DNA of 35,312 nucleotides from Patescibacteria group bacterium (lineage in GTDB: Bacteria > Patescibacteriota > Patescibacteriia > UBA2591 > JAQUPP01), in the NCBI GenBank assembly GCA_028716665.1, contig JAQUPP010000001.1, forward strand, positions 1-35,312, read 5' to 3'. Below are positions 1-8,566 of this stretch, piece after piece (positions within the stretch are counted from its first letter, which is position 1; each line of letters begins with the position of its first letter). A program made the translations under genes and the position numbers. Below the pieces are notes generated by a model. That model was given only the letters and a program-made list of their open reading frames with translations. It made no database searches and was not told the DNA's origin.

Positions 1-148
1 GCGTTTTAGCGCAAATAGGTTACCCCATTCGGAAATCTCCGGATCAAAGGTTGCTTGCCACCTCCCCGAAGCTTATCGCAGGCTGCTACGTCCTTTATCG
101 GCTTTTGATGTCTAGGCATCCACCACATGCTCTAATTTTCTAATTCAC
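1..148 (-). rRNA. rrl: 23S ribosomal RNA, 5' end only (gene continues past window start)
   Basis: Reverse complement reads ...GCATGTGGTGGATGCCTAGAC...GATAAAGGACGTAGCAGCCTGCGATAAGCTTCGGGGAGGTGGCAAGC...GGAGATTTCCGAATGGGGTAACC. This matches the conserved 5' domain of bacterial 23S rRNA (E. coli ACGGTGGATGCCCT...GCGATTTCCGAATGGGGAAACC). The exact 5' end (about 140-150) is estimated. Confidence 0.85.
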
Positions 149-440
149 CACTTAACTCACAAAAAATATTTTGTGAAAAAACTTACTTTAATTTAAATTG
201 GACGATATTGATACATTACTCTATTTCTATTTTCGATTATTAAATTGTCAAAGTACTGAGGAAACTCTTTAAATTTTAGAGTCTGAAAGACGAATAAAAT
301 TTTACTAGAGTTTCGCTCACCCTGTTAAATAATTTCGCCTCTGGCGAAATTCCCGCTCTGCGGGATTTAATAGGGTTCTTTATTTTATTTTTAAATTTTC
401 TACGATTTTCAATCTTTAAAATTTTCACAAGATAAAACAA

Positions 441-461
441 AAAACCGCTTCAAGCGGTTTT
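441..461. terminator. Bidirectional intrinsic terminator hairpin
   Basis: AAAACCGC-TTCAA-GCGGTTTT stem-loop. It has A-runs and T-runs on both sides (minus sense: AAAACCGCTTGAAGCGGTTTTTTGTTTT). Confidence 0.6.
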
Positions 462-572
462 TAAACTGCCCAAAAAGGACAGCAAAATCAGCCGCTTAAT
501 TGTAGATTGTTTGAAAAAACAATAATGTTTTGTTTTATAATTTTTAACATTTTAAAAATTGTTGTAATAGGT

Positions 573-601
573 ACTATACAAAAAATGGCAAAATAAGTCA
601 A
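573..601 (-). promoter_or_regulatory. Sigma-70-type promoter on the minus strand, with DnaA-box-like 9-mers immediately upstream at 602-610 and 621-629
   Basis: Minus sense reads TTGACT (596-601), a 17-nt spacer, then TATAGT (573-578). Directly upstream in the same sense are ATATCCACA (602-610, 8/9 match) and TTATCCACA (621-629, 9/9 match to the DnaA box consensus). Confidence 0.5.
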
Positions 602-796
602 TGTGGATATTACACAATACTGTGGATAAGTTGTTATAAAATATTTTTAATCAATTTTTCTGTTTTTCTTCCTTAAAATATCCCTCTAAACAACATTTTA
701 CCATTTCTTTCTTGGCATGTAATTCTACTTTTACCCATGGCTCATCTTTAAAAAATTCTGTAATTTTCTCAGCTTTCTAAAAAATCAGCCCATTTA

Positions 797-1642
797 TTAA
801 CATTTATTAAATTGGAGCTTCCTTATGCCAATTGCCATTAGTAATTTCAAATGATTATCACTTTCTTTTTCTAGATTTTCTTTAGCTCTTTTATAAGTTT
901 CTGTTCTCAAAAAATTTTCTACTTCTTTTTCGGTTTTAAATTCTTCTATAACTTTATCATCATCCCATTTCTCTTTAATAATAAATTTTTGTTTAAACAA
1001 TAATCTTTTTCTTTCAACACAATATCCTGTATTGCCCACCATTCTTACATATTTAAGACCATCAGGCCCTATTACTTCCAAGTCTGGTAGCTGTATGAAT
1101 TCCTTATCATCTTTCATTGCTTTGAAGATAGGAAATTGTATTTCATATCTTAATTCTTGCAAAGCTTTTTCAATAAATTCTTCCCTAAAAAGATCTAACT
1201 TTTTTTGGGTGTTCTCAGATTCTTTTATTTCTTCTTCCGTATTTTTATCAAAATTTATCTTTTCAGCCTCATTATATATTTTTTTCTCAACTTCAGGATG
1301 ATTTGAAATTATTTTTATTTCTTGATCAATTTCAGTTTGACGCTTTTCTAAATTATCAACTAAAATTTTAAGCTCATTCAATTCCTTGATATCATTAGGA
1401 TCTTTTAAATCTCCCTGTTTCTGTAAAGAATCAAAATAACCCAAACTTTCCTGAGCAGTTTTGAGTAATCCATCATTTTTTTGAGCTTCTGTAATCAGAG
1501 ATTCTCGATCAATAATTTTTAATTCAATATTTTTTTCTTGCTCTCCTTTTTTTGTTTCAAGTCTTGTCTTTAATTTTGTCGCTAAATCTTCAGGATTATT
1601 AATCCCTATATCTTTTGATGACGGTCCACCTTCTCTATTCAT
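797..1642 (-). CDS. Hypothetical protein, Lys/Glu-rich and predicted coiled-coil in the N-terminal two thirds
   Basis: 281-aa ORF. GAGGT Shine-Dalgarno upstream of the ATG at 1642 and its own promoter (1702-1730). No family recognised. Confidence 0.55.
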   Translation of the reverse strand: MNREGGPSSKDIGINNPEDLATKLKTRLETKKGEQEKNIELKIIDRESLITEAQKNDGLLKTAQESLGYFDSLQKQGDLKDPNDIKELNELKILVDNLEKRQTEIDQEIKIISNHPEVEKKIYNEAEKINFDKNTEEEIKESENTQKKLDLFREEFIEKALQELRYEIQFPIFKAMKDDKEFIQLPDLEVIGPDGLKYVRMVGNTGYCVERKRLLFKQKFIIKEKWDDDKVIEEFKTEKEVENFLRTETYKRAKENLEKESDNHLKLLMAIGIRKLQFNKC

Positions 1643-1701
1643 ATATTTACCTCATTAAGATTGTTTTTAAACAATCTTTAATTTATTATATATCTACTAT
1701 T

Positions 1702-1730
1702 ATTTAAGCACATTTTTTAGTTTTTGTCAA
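1702..1730 (-). promoter_or_regulatory. Promoter, copy of the conserved GGRTTGACAAAA...TGTGCTWAAATAATA module
   Basis: Minus sense reads GGGATTGACAAAAACTAAAAAATGTGCTTAAATAATAG. This gives TTGACA (1725-1730), a 17-nt spacer, an extended -10 TGc and TTAAAT (1702-1707). Confidence 0.55.
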
Positions 1731-1863
1731 TCCCTCACCCTTCGGTGATAATGCTCGTCCCGCATTTTCCTAATTAATTTTTTTAAAATATAAGTAAACT
1801 CTCTTAAATCAATGGTAAATTAAATAAATTAGTAAAATACTGGCTCGCATCTGGAAAATGACA

Positions 1864-3498
1864 TCACCGAAGGGTGAGGGATTTCTTCCCTAAACACGCT
1901 TTAATAAAGGCCTTAAACAAAGGATGTGGCTCCAAAAATCTTGATTTATATTCCGGATGAAATTGCGTGCCGACAAAAAACGGATGATTGTTTAATTCAA
2001 TCGCCTCCACCAATTTATCGTCCGGCGAAGTGCCGCCGATTATTAAACCGTTTTTAACCATCATCTCCCGATATTTATTGTTAAATTCATAGCGGTGGCG
2101 ATGTCTTTCAAAGATTTTTTCTTGTTGATAAATGTTATAAATTTTTGTTCCTTTTTTTAAAGCGCACGGCCAAGCTCCCAATCTGATTGTTCCGCCGTAT
2201 TGTTTTTTGGCCAAATATTCTTTTTGATTCGGCATAATATGAATCACCGGATACGGAGTTTTTGGGTCCGCTTCTTCGGAATTCGCTTTTTTTAATTTGC
2301 AAATATGACGGGCAAATTCAATCACGGCCATTTGCATTCCATAACACAAACCGAAATACGGTTTTTTCTTTTCCCGGCAATATTGAATCGCCTTAATCAT
2401 TTCTTCCGAACCGCGCGAACCCCAACCTTGAGGCACAATCACGCCGTCCAATTTTTCCAAAATTTTTATTCCTTGGCTGGCGATTTCGTCCGTGCTGATC
2501 CAAACAAAATTCGGTCTACAATTATTGATCCAGCATCCGTGTTTAACCGCTTCAATCACTGAGATATAAGAATCGCTTAAAATAAATTGTCCGGTTCTAA
2601 AATATTTTCCCACCAATCCAATATTAACCGTTTTTTTGGCGTTTTTCATTATTCTGGCCGCCTTGGTCCATAATTTCAAATCGCCCTTGCGCGTTTTTAA
2701 ATTAAATTTTTCCAAAATTTTCGTGCCCAGTTTGTCTTTTTCAAAATTCATCGGAATATCATAAATAGAAGTGACATCCGGCGCGGAAATAACGTCGTTT
2801 TCATTAAGATTGCAAAAAATTGAAATTTTTCTTTTTCTTACTTTATCCAATGGCATTGATGCTCGAGCTAAAATAAAATCCGGCTGAATACCGGCCGAAT
2901 TGAGAGTTTTTACCGCCTGCTGAGTCGGTTTTGTTTTCATCTCACCGATTTTTGACGGAACCGGCAAGAAAGAAAGCATTATAAAAATGACATCTTGAGG
3001 TGATTTCAAATGCATCATTCTGGCTGCTTCCAAAAAAAGCATATTCTGATATTCGCCGACCGTGCCGCCGATTTCAATAATCATGATTTCCGATTTGGTC
3101 GCTCTGACCGCTTTCTTAATCCGGTCAATCACTTCATTCGGAATGTCCGGCACCACTTCAACGCACCGGCCGCCATATTCCAAATTTCTTTCTCTGTTGA
3201 TCACGGATTGATAAACACTGCCCGTGGTCATGTAATTCGTTTTGTAAATATTTTGATTTAAAAATCTTTCGTAATTGCCGAGATCTTGGTCTGTCTCAAG
3301 CCCATCTTCGGTCACAAATGCCTCGCCGTGTTCCATCGGATTCATCGTACCGGCATCAACATTAATGTAAGGATCAATTTTAATCGCCGAAACGCGATAA
3401 CCCTTGCTTTGCAAAATTTTGGCGATTGAAGCAACGGCAATCCCCTTACCGACCCCTGACATTACCCCGCCCATCACGAAAATGTATTTTGTTTTCAT
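1864..3498 (-). CDS. pyrG: CTP synthase
   Basis: 544 aa. N-terminus MKTKYIFVMGGVMSGVGKGI...KIDPYINVDAGTMNPMEHGEAFVTEDG. C-terminal glutamine amidotransferase domain with GLCYGMQ and HRHRYEFN. Confidence 0.97.
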   Translation of the reverse strand: MKTKYIFVMGGVMSGVGKGIAVASIAKILQSKGYRVSAIKIDPYINVDAGTMNPMEHGEAFVTEDGLETDQDLGNYERFLNQNIYKTNYMTTGSVYQSVINRERNLEYGGRCVEVVPDIPNEVIDRIKKAVRATKSEIMIIEIGGTVGEYQNMLFLEAARMMHLKSPQDVIFIMLSFLPVPSKIGEMKTKPTQQAVKTLNSAGIQPDFILARASMPLDKVRKRKISIFCNLNENDVISAPDVTSIYDIPMNFEKDKLGTKILEKFNLKTRKGDLKLWTKAARIMKNAKKTVNIGLVGKYFRTGQFILSDSYISVIEAVKHGCWINNCRPNFVWISTDEIASQGIKILEKLDGVIVPQGWGSRGSEEMIKAIQYCREKKKPYFGLCYGMQMAVIEFARHICKLKKANSEEADPKTPYPVIHIMPNQKEYLAKKQYGGTIRLGAWPCALKKGTKIYNIYQQEKIFERHRHRYEFNNKYREMMVKNGLIIGGTSPDDKLVEAIELNNHPFFVGTQFHPEYKSRFLEPHPLFKAFIKACLGKKSLTLR

Positions 3499-3502
3499 AT
3501 AT

Positions 3503-3919
3503 TTATTTTATTTCTTTTTCAGTTAATATTTTAATTTTATGTTTTTTCAGAAGAGCGGCAAAAACGCCGTCGCCTTTGATTAATTTTCCGGAAAAAGTGC
3601 CGTCATAAACCATTCCCGAACCGCAAGACGGAGATTTTGATTTTAATATCGCTTGTTTGCAATTTACCATTTGAGCGATTCTTAATCCAATCTCAGCTCC
3701 TCTCTCAAATTCTATGGTTACGTCTTTTTTATTTTTTGTAAAAACTTTATCACCCTTTTGTTCAGCAGGCAATCTGGGCGTTGTTAACCCGCCAAACTGT
3801 CCAGGGCAAACCGGGATTGCCTTGCCGCGTTTCACTAAATCAATAACCCTGCGACAAGGTTTCGCACTGCCGTCCCATCTGCATTTTATTCCCACTAAAC
3901 AAGCGCTGACTATTTTCAT
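3503..3919 (-). CDS. DUF523 family protein (2-thiouracil desulfurase TudS-like Fe-S protein)
   Basis: MKIVSACLVGIKCRWDG...PVCPGQFGGL...KSKSPSCG is the typical DUF523 signature with three conserved Cys. The start is moved to the internal Met (3919) to remove the overlap with the upstream gene. Confidence 0.75.
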   Translation of the reverse strand: MKIVSACLVGIKCRWDGSAKPCRRVIDLVKRGKAIPVCPGQFGGLTTPRLPAEQKGDKVFTKNKKDVTIEFERGAEIGLRIAQMVNCKQAILKSKSPSCGSGMVYDGTFSGKLIKGDGVFAALLKKHKIKILTEKEIK

Positions 3920-3923
3920 ATAT

Positions 3924-4874
3924 TTAAATAATTTTAAATGTTTTACGAATATTTTCAAATGTAATTTTTTTGATTTGTTTTTTACTCAGTCCGATGCTTG
4001 GTAAAAATTTTTCCGTGAAATTTTTATAAAGATACAAAGAAGGATAACCCGGACAATATGGCGAAAATAATTTTTCACCAATGATATGCGGCGCGTGATC
4101 GGTTTCTATCCAGTCTATTTTACCGTCTTTCAAATATTTTCTTAATTTTTTAACGTCTTTTTTGTCTCTGAGCGGCGGATTTGTGGTATAAAGCAAACCA
4201 TCGGGTTGTTTTAACATCTCATTGCTCCACAAAATATGATGCGGCGTCACACCGCAAGTAATTTTTATTTCTTTTCTCGCTCGATCAATTAATTCCACGG
4301 ATTCCGGACATGAAACATGGCAAATATACAAAGTTCCTTTAAAATTTGTTTGTTTGGCGAATTTTATTTGATCTTTAACAGATTCTATTTCAGCCTTCTT
4401 TGGCCTGGCAAAACAATGCGTGATCGGTTTTAAAGGATTCCAAAGTTTTGGTTTTAAAAAACTTTCTTTTTCGCAATGAACAGCCAACACGCCTTTGTAT
4501 TCAAATTCAGAAAGAGTTTTATATATTTTTATTTGATCTTTAACGCTGATAATCGCCAGATTTCCTGCTGATTTTCCGGCATATAATTTAAAACCGATAA
4601 CTTCGCGATATTTATCATAACACTTTATCGCCTCTTTCAATTGTTTTCTATTCGCGGTCAAACCGATATATAAATAGTAGTCGTTTTTTCTGTTTTTAGG
4701 AACGAGTTTTAGTCTCGCCTTAACATCTTTTTCAAATAAAATCGGCGGAGTGGTATTAGGCATGTCAAAAATTTTATTCACGCCCTGTTCATCGGCAATT
4801 TTAAAAACATGCTCTATGGTTTCTTTATATGCTTGTTTGCCATCGCGGCAATGCACATGCGGATCTATGATCAT
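3924..4874 (-). CDS. pyrC: Dihydroorotase-like amidohydrolase (short form)
   Basis: 316 aa. Motifs: DPHVHCRD, MPNTTPPI, KLYAG (carbamylated Lys region), AVHCE, CHVS, TPHHIL, NPPLRDKKD, ETDHAPH. Confidence 0.7.
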   Translation of the reverse strand: MIIDPHVHCRDGKQAYKETIEHVFKIADEQGVNKIFDMPNTTPPILFEKDVKARLKLVPKNRKNDYYLYIGLTANRKQLKEAIKCYDKYREVIGFKLYAGKSAGNLAIISVKDQIKIYKTLSEFEYKGVLAVHCEKESFLKPKLWNPLKPITHCFARPKKAEIESVKDQIKFAKQTNFKGTLYICHVSCPESVELIDRARKEIKITCGVTPHHILWSNEMLKQPDGLLYTTNPPLRDKKDVKKLRKYLKDGKIDWIETDHAPHIIGEKLFSPYCPGYPSLYLYKNFTEKFLPSIGLSKKQIKKITFENIRKTFKII

Positions 4875-4882
4875 AAAAAAAT

Positions 4883-7408
4883 TTATATCTTCGCTAAATT
4901 CAATTTTTGGCGGCGATAGTAAAATAATTTTACTATTTCACTTGATATAAAATAAGCAATCACCAGGCCGAAAACAATTAAGACATAATTAATCGGCGGC
5001 GCGGCAAAATGGAAAAATTTCTGGCCCAAACCGGTAAAAGGCAAAATGACGATAAAAATAGCATCCAAGACAACAAGAAGCGTTAAAGTTAAACTTGGTC
5101 TTTTTGTTTTTAAGAAAAAATGCCTGGTTCTGACAATAAAAAGGAGGGCCAATTCAGTAAGAATACTTTCAATAAACCAAAGAGTTTGCATAAATGCCGG
5201 CTTGATGCCATGAAAAATTCCAAAAAATATAAAATCAAAAGCCGTGCTGACTAAAGCTAGAATTATTATCAAACCGATAAAATTGCTAAGCCGGGAAGTT
5301 TTTGGTTTTTTAAGTTCTTCGGTATCAACCGTGTCGGAAGCAATGGCAATCAAAGGAAAATCCGATAAAAGATTGCCAAGCAATATTTGAATCGGCAGCA
5401 TTGGCAAAAAAGTGATAAACAAAGAAATTACGGCGATTGAATAAAAATTGCCGAAATTGCTCGCCATGGCGCATTTTATGTATTTATTGATATTTGAAAA
5501 AATCTTTCGCCCGTTTTTAATGCCGTCAATAAGCACTCTTAAATCTTTTTCGAGCAAAATTACGTCAGCCGCTCCCCTCGGAACATCAGCTGCTTCTTGA
5601 ACAACGATTCCGACATCAGCGATTTTTAAAGCCGGCGTATCATTCAACCCCTCGCCCAAAAATCCGACTTCAAATTTTTTCTGGAGAGATTTGATGATTT
5701 TTAATTTTGTCTCAGGAGAAATTCTGGCAAAAATGAAAAATTTCAAACAAGCTTCGTCAAATTCTTTTTCCGGCAAAGAATCCAAAACTTTTCCTGAAAT
5801 AACTTCACTTACGTCTCTAACCAACCCAACTTTGTGAGCAATATGCCCGGCCACTTCTTTGCTGTCCCCTGTGATCATTTTTATTTGAATGCCTAGTTTT
5901 TTCGCCGTCTGAATCGCTTCTTTCGCCGTTTCTTTCAATGGGTCAACAAAACAAAAATATCCCAAAAAAGTCATATTTTCTTCGCTTTTTTCCGAATATT
6001 CTCCTTTTAATTCTTTATAAGCAATGGCCAAAATTCTTTTTCCTTCGCGTCCATGATTTTCAATTTCTTTTTGCACTTCGCTTTTTTCTTTTCCGTATTC
6101 AAATTCCGAAGATAAATCCAAAATAATTTCCGGCGCGCCTCTGACAATAAGAAAACATTTTCCTTCTTTATCTTTTACTACCATGGTGTTTCTTAAACGC
6201 TCTGATTCAAAAGGAATAAATGAAACTTTCTTGAAATTTTTTAAATTTAAACGAACACTTGGAGAAGATTTTTCGTAAAGAGAAAAATCAAATGCGTTCA
6301 AGCTGTTTTGAGCGCCGTCTTCAATGTAATGAGAAGCGAGAAGACCGTAAAGAAAAAGTTTTTCTTTATCTTGGGCAAAAATTTCTTCAAGTTCAAGTTT
6401 GTTTTTAGTCAAAGTGCCGGTTTTATCAGTGCATAAAATTTCAATATTTCCCAAATCTTCAACCGCGGAAAGTCTTTTGACAACCACTTTTTCCCTGGCC
6501 AATCTTAATGCTCCACTGGAAAAAGAAAAAGTAATAATTAACGGCAATGCCTCCGGAATAATACTCACTATCAAAGCAATGGAAAAAATCAAGAAATCAA
6601 AAATATTCTTCGTTCCCTTGATCATCAAATTCGCCAAAAAAATCAAAAGAACAGCCGTTATAACCGTTCTCAATATGATTTTATAAAATTTTAAAATATC
6701 TTTTTCAAAAACGCTTTCCCTAGTTATGCCTGAAACCAATTTCGTAATTTCACCGAAAGCTGTTTGTTTGCCCGTGCCCACCACTATCCCTTCGGCTTCG
6801 CCGGAAGAGACTGAAGTTCCGGCAAAAATAATATTTTTCGCTTCAAAAACTTCTTTGGTTTCCGCGGAAAGAGGATTTAAAATTTTACCGAGATGAATTG
6901 ATTCGCCGCTTAAAACCGATTCATCAACCAAAAAATCATCTGTTTCCAAAACTCTTAAATCAGCTGGAACAATACTGCCTGTTTCAAGAAGAACTATATC
7001 GCCCGGAACCAAATATTTTTTATCAATGACTTTTTCCATTCCGTCTCGACGAACTCTCACCTTGGACGGAATAAACTTTTGCAAAAGCGAAATGGCTTTT
7101 TGGGCTTTCGCTTCTTGAAAAAATCCGAAAGAAACATTGATAAAAATAAAAGCGAAAAGAACCAAAGCGTCAACTTTTTCGCCAACCGCGAGAGCAATTA
7201 ATCCGGCAATAAAAAGCAAATAAAAAAATGGCGATTTGAATTGCCTTAAAAAAATATCAAGCAAACCGTTTTCTTTGGCTTTTAATTCGTTAAAACCGTA
7301 AGTTTTCAAGCGGCTTTCCGCTTCTTGATCAGAGATTCCGTTTTGGCCGGTTTTCAGCGCTTCAAAAGTTTCTTGAATATTTTTAATTGTATATTGAGGA
7401 AAATTCAT
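4883..7408 (-). CDS. Cation-transporting P-type ATPase (P2/P3-like, Mg2+/Ca2+ type)
   Basis: 841 aa. Motifs: TGES-like SGES, phosphorylation site CTDKTGTLT, TGD, and GEGLNDTPALK hinge (Glu replaces the usual first Asp of GDGxNDxP). About 10 TM segments. Confidence 0.9.
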   Translation of the reverse strand: MNFPQYTIKNIQETFEALKTGQNGISDQEAESRLKTYGFNELKAKENGLLDIFLRQFKSPFFYLLFIAGLIALAVGEKVDALVLFAFIFINVSFGFFQEAKAQKAISLLQKFIPSKVRVRRDGMEKVIDKKYLVPGDIVLLETGSIVPADLRVLETDDFLVDESVLSGESIHLGKILNPLSAETKEVFEAKNIIFAGTSVSSGEAEGIVVGTGKQTAFGEITKLVSGITRESVFEKDILKFYKIILRTVITAVLLIFLANLMIKGTKNIFDFLIFSIALIVSIIPEALPLIITFSFSSGALRLAREKVVVKRLSAVEDLGNIEILCTDKTGTLTKNKLELEEIFAQDKEKLFLYGLLASHYIEDGAQNSLNAFDFSLYEKSSPSVRLNLKNFKKVSFIPFESERLRNTMVVKDKEGKCFLIVRGAPEIILDLSSEFEYGKEKSEVQKEIENHGREGKRILAIAYKELKGEYSEKSEENMTFLGYFCFVDPLKETAKEAIQTAKKLGIQIKMITGDSKEVAGHIAHKVGLVRDVSEVISGKVLDSLPEKEFDEACLKFFIFARISPETKLKIIKSLQKKFEVGFLGEGLNDTPALKIADVGIVVQEAADVPRGAADVILLEKDLRVLIDGIKNGRKIFSNINKYIKCAMASNFGNFYSIAVISLFITFLPMLPIQILLGNLLSDFPLIAIASDTVDTEELKKPKTSRLSNFIGLIIILALVSTAFDFIFFGIFHGIKPAFMQTLWFIESILTELALLFIVRTRHFFLKTKRPSLTLTLLVVLDAIFIVILPFTGLGQKFFHFAAPPINYVLIVFGLVIAYFISSEIVKLFYYRRQKLNLAKI

Positions 7409-7412
7409 TTTT

Positions 7413-8210
7413 TCACTTTAATAAAAGAAGAGACAAAACCAATAAGCCCAAAACTATTCTATAATAGCCGAATGGCGTAAAATTTTTTCGCTGAATATAT
7501 TTTATCAAAAAAGCTATTACTGCCCAAGCCACCAAAAAAGAAACAACAAATCCGGTTGAAAGAATAAGAATATCCATTTTGCTCATTGCCATTCCGTATT
7601 TTAACAAACTATAACCTGAGGCGGCAACCATGGTCGGGATGGCCAGAAAGAAAGAAAATTGCACGGCCAATAAGCGCGAAGCGCCCAGAAGCATGGCGCC
7701 GATAATAGTCGCAGCCGAACGCGATATGCCGGGGATCATGGCTAAACATTGAATCAAGCCAATCAAGAGCGCGATTTTATAACTCATTTTTGCCACTGAA
7801 AATATTTTACTTTCTTTTTTTCTTTTTTCAATGATAATCAGCAAAACGCCGCCGATTATCAAAGCCAGAGAAACAGTCAGTAACCCGAATAATTTTTTTT
7901 CAATAAAATCGCCCAAAAGCGCGCCTAAAATTATAGCCGGCACAACTCCGACAATTGTTTTTTTCCATAAATCAATAACTTCCGCTTGCTTTTCTTTGTT
8001 ATGACTGAATGGCCATAATTGCTTTCTAAAATAAAAAATAACGGCGAAAATCGCGCCGAGCTGAATAACCACATCAAACATTTTTGTAAAATCTTGGCTG
8101 AAATAAATCCAGCGATTAACAATAATCAGATGGCCGGTTGAAGAAATAGGCAAAAATTCCGTTATGCCTTCAACCACTCCCAAAATAATCGCTTTAAAAA
8201 AATCAAACAT
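7413..8210 (-). CDS. uppP: Undecaprenyl-diphosphate phosphatase
   Basis: 265 aa polytopic membrane protein with GITEFLPISSTGHL and PGISRSAATI motifs. Confidence 0.93.
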   Translation of the reverse strand: MFDFFKAIILGVVEGITEFLPISSTGHLIIVNRWIYFSQDFTKMFDVVIQLGAIFAVIFYFRKQLWPFSHNKEKQAEVIDLWKKTIVGVVPAIILGALLGDFIEKKLFGLLTVSLALIIGGVLLIIIEKRKKESKIFSVAKMSYKIALLIGLIQCLAMIPGISRSAATIIGAMLLGASRLLAVQFSFFLAIPTMVAASGYSLLKYGMAMSKMDILILSTGFVVSFLVAWAVIAFLIKYIQRKNFTPFGYYRIVLGLLVLSLLLLK

Positions 8211-8214
8211 ATTT

Positions 8215-8556
8215 TTATTTTTCTTTTAGTGAAATTAGAGCAATCTCCAATTCTCTCATATGTGCTTTTTCGAGGTCAATTCCATAGTGATTAGCAATCC
8301 TAATAATCATAAAAAATATATCGGACAACTCATTACCAATCTCATCTTTTGAAGCCTTATTATAGTTAGGATTATCCATTCTTTCGGCAAGATAATATTT
8401 CTCCAGAACCATAACATTCTTACTAAGCTCGCCAATCTGCTTCGTAAGTTCAATGATATTACCTTCTATTCCCCACTCCCGTTGTTCAACTTTTTTAAAA
8501 GCATCAATGACTTCATTGGTTTTTTGCACAACCTCTTTAAATGTTAAATCTGACAT
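8215..8556 (-). CDS. MazG-like nucleotide pyrophosphohydrolase domain protein
   Basis: 113 aa counted from the internal Met (MSDLTFKEVV...). All-helical, with EWGIE...E..EL...ELSD..F pattern typical of the MazG/all-alpha NTP-PPase family. The upstream 46 codons of the tracked ORF overlap the neighbouring gene and were discarded. Confidence 0.65.
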   Translation of the reverse strand: MSDLTFKEVVQKTNEVIDAFKKVEQREWGIEGNIIELTKQIGELSKNVMVLEKYYLAERMDNPNYNKASKDEIGNELSDIFFMIIRIANHYGIDLEKAHMRELEIALISLKEK

Positions 8557-8566
8557 ATTTAAAAAT

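Noticed and set aside
602-629. Calling this region the chromosomal replication origin
   Set aside because: Only two DnaA-box-like 9-mers are visible, and no dnaA, dnaN or box cluster lies in the window. The boxes sit in a promoter-proximal position. It is kept as an alternative under the findings, not as a feature.
650-796. About 41 stop-free codons (KAEKITEFFKDEPWVKVELHAKKEMVKCCLEGYFKEEKQKN) downstream of the 797-1642 ORF on the minus strand
   Set aside because: It is in a different frame from the upstream ORF and is preceded by TAG, with no start codon or Shine-Dalgarno. It might be a decayed gene fragment, but the evidence is too thin to annotate it.
2305-3261. Antisense ORFs inside pyrG, and similar 60-117-aa antisense or alternate-frame ORFs inside the ATPase, helicase, EEP, ligase, flippase, HPS, PIN-like, ileS and 33395-35293 genes
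   Set aside because: All are nested within strongly supported genes on the opposite strand or in another frame. They lack ribosome-binding sites and have low-complexity or compositionally odd products.
3920-3958. N-terminal 13 codons of the tracked DUF523 ORF
   Set aside because: They overlap the dihydroorotase-like gene end. The family-typical start MKIVSACLVG begins at 3919.
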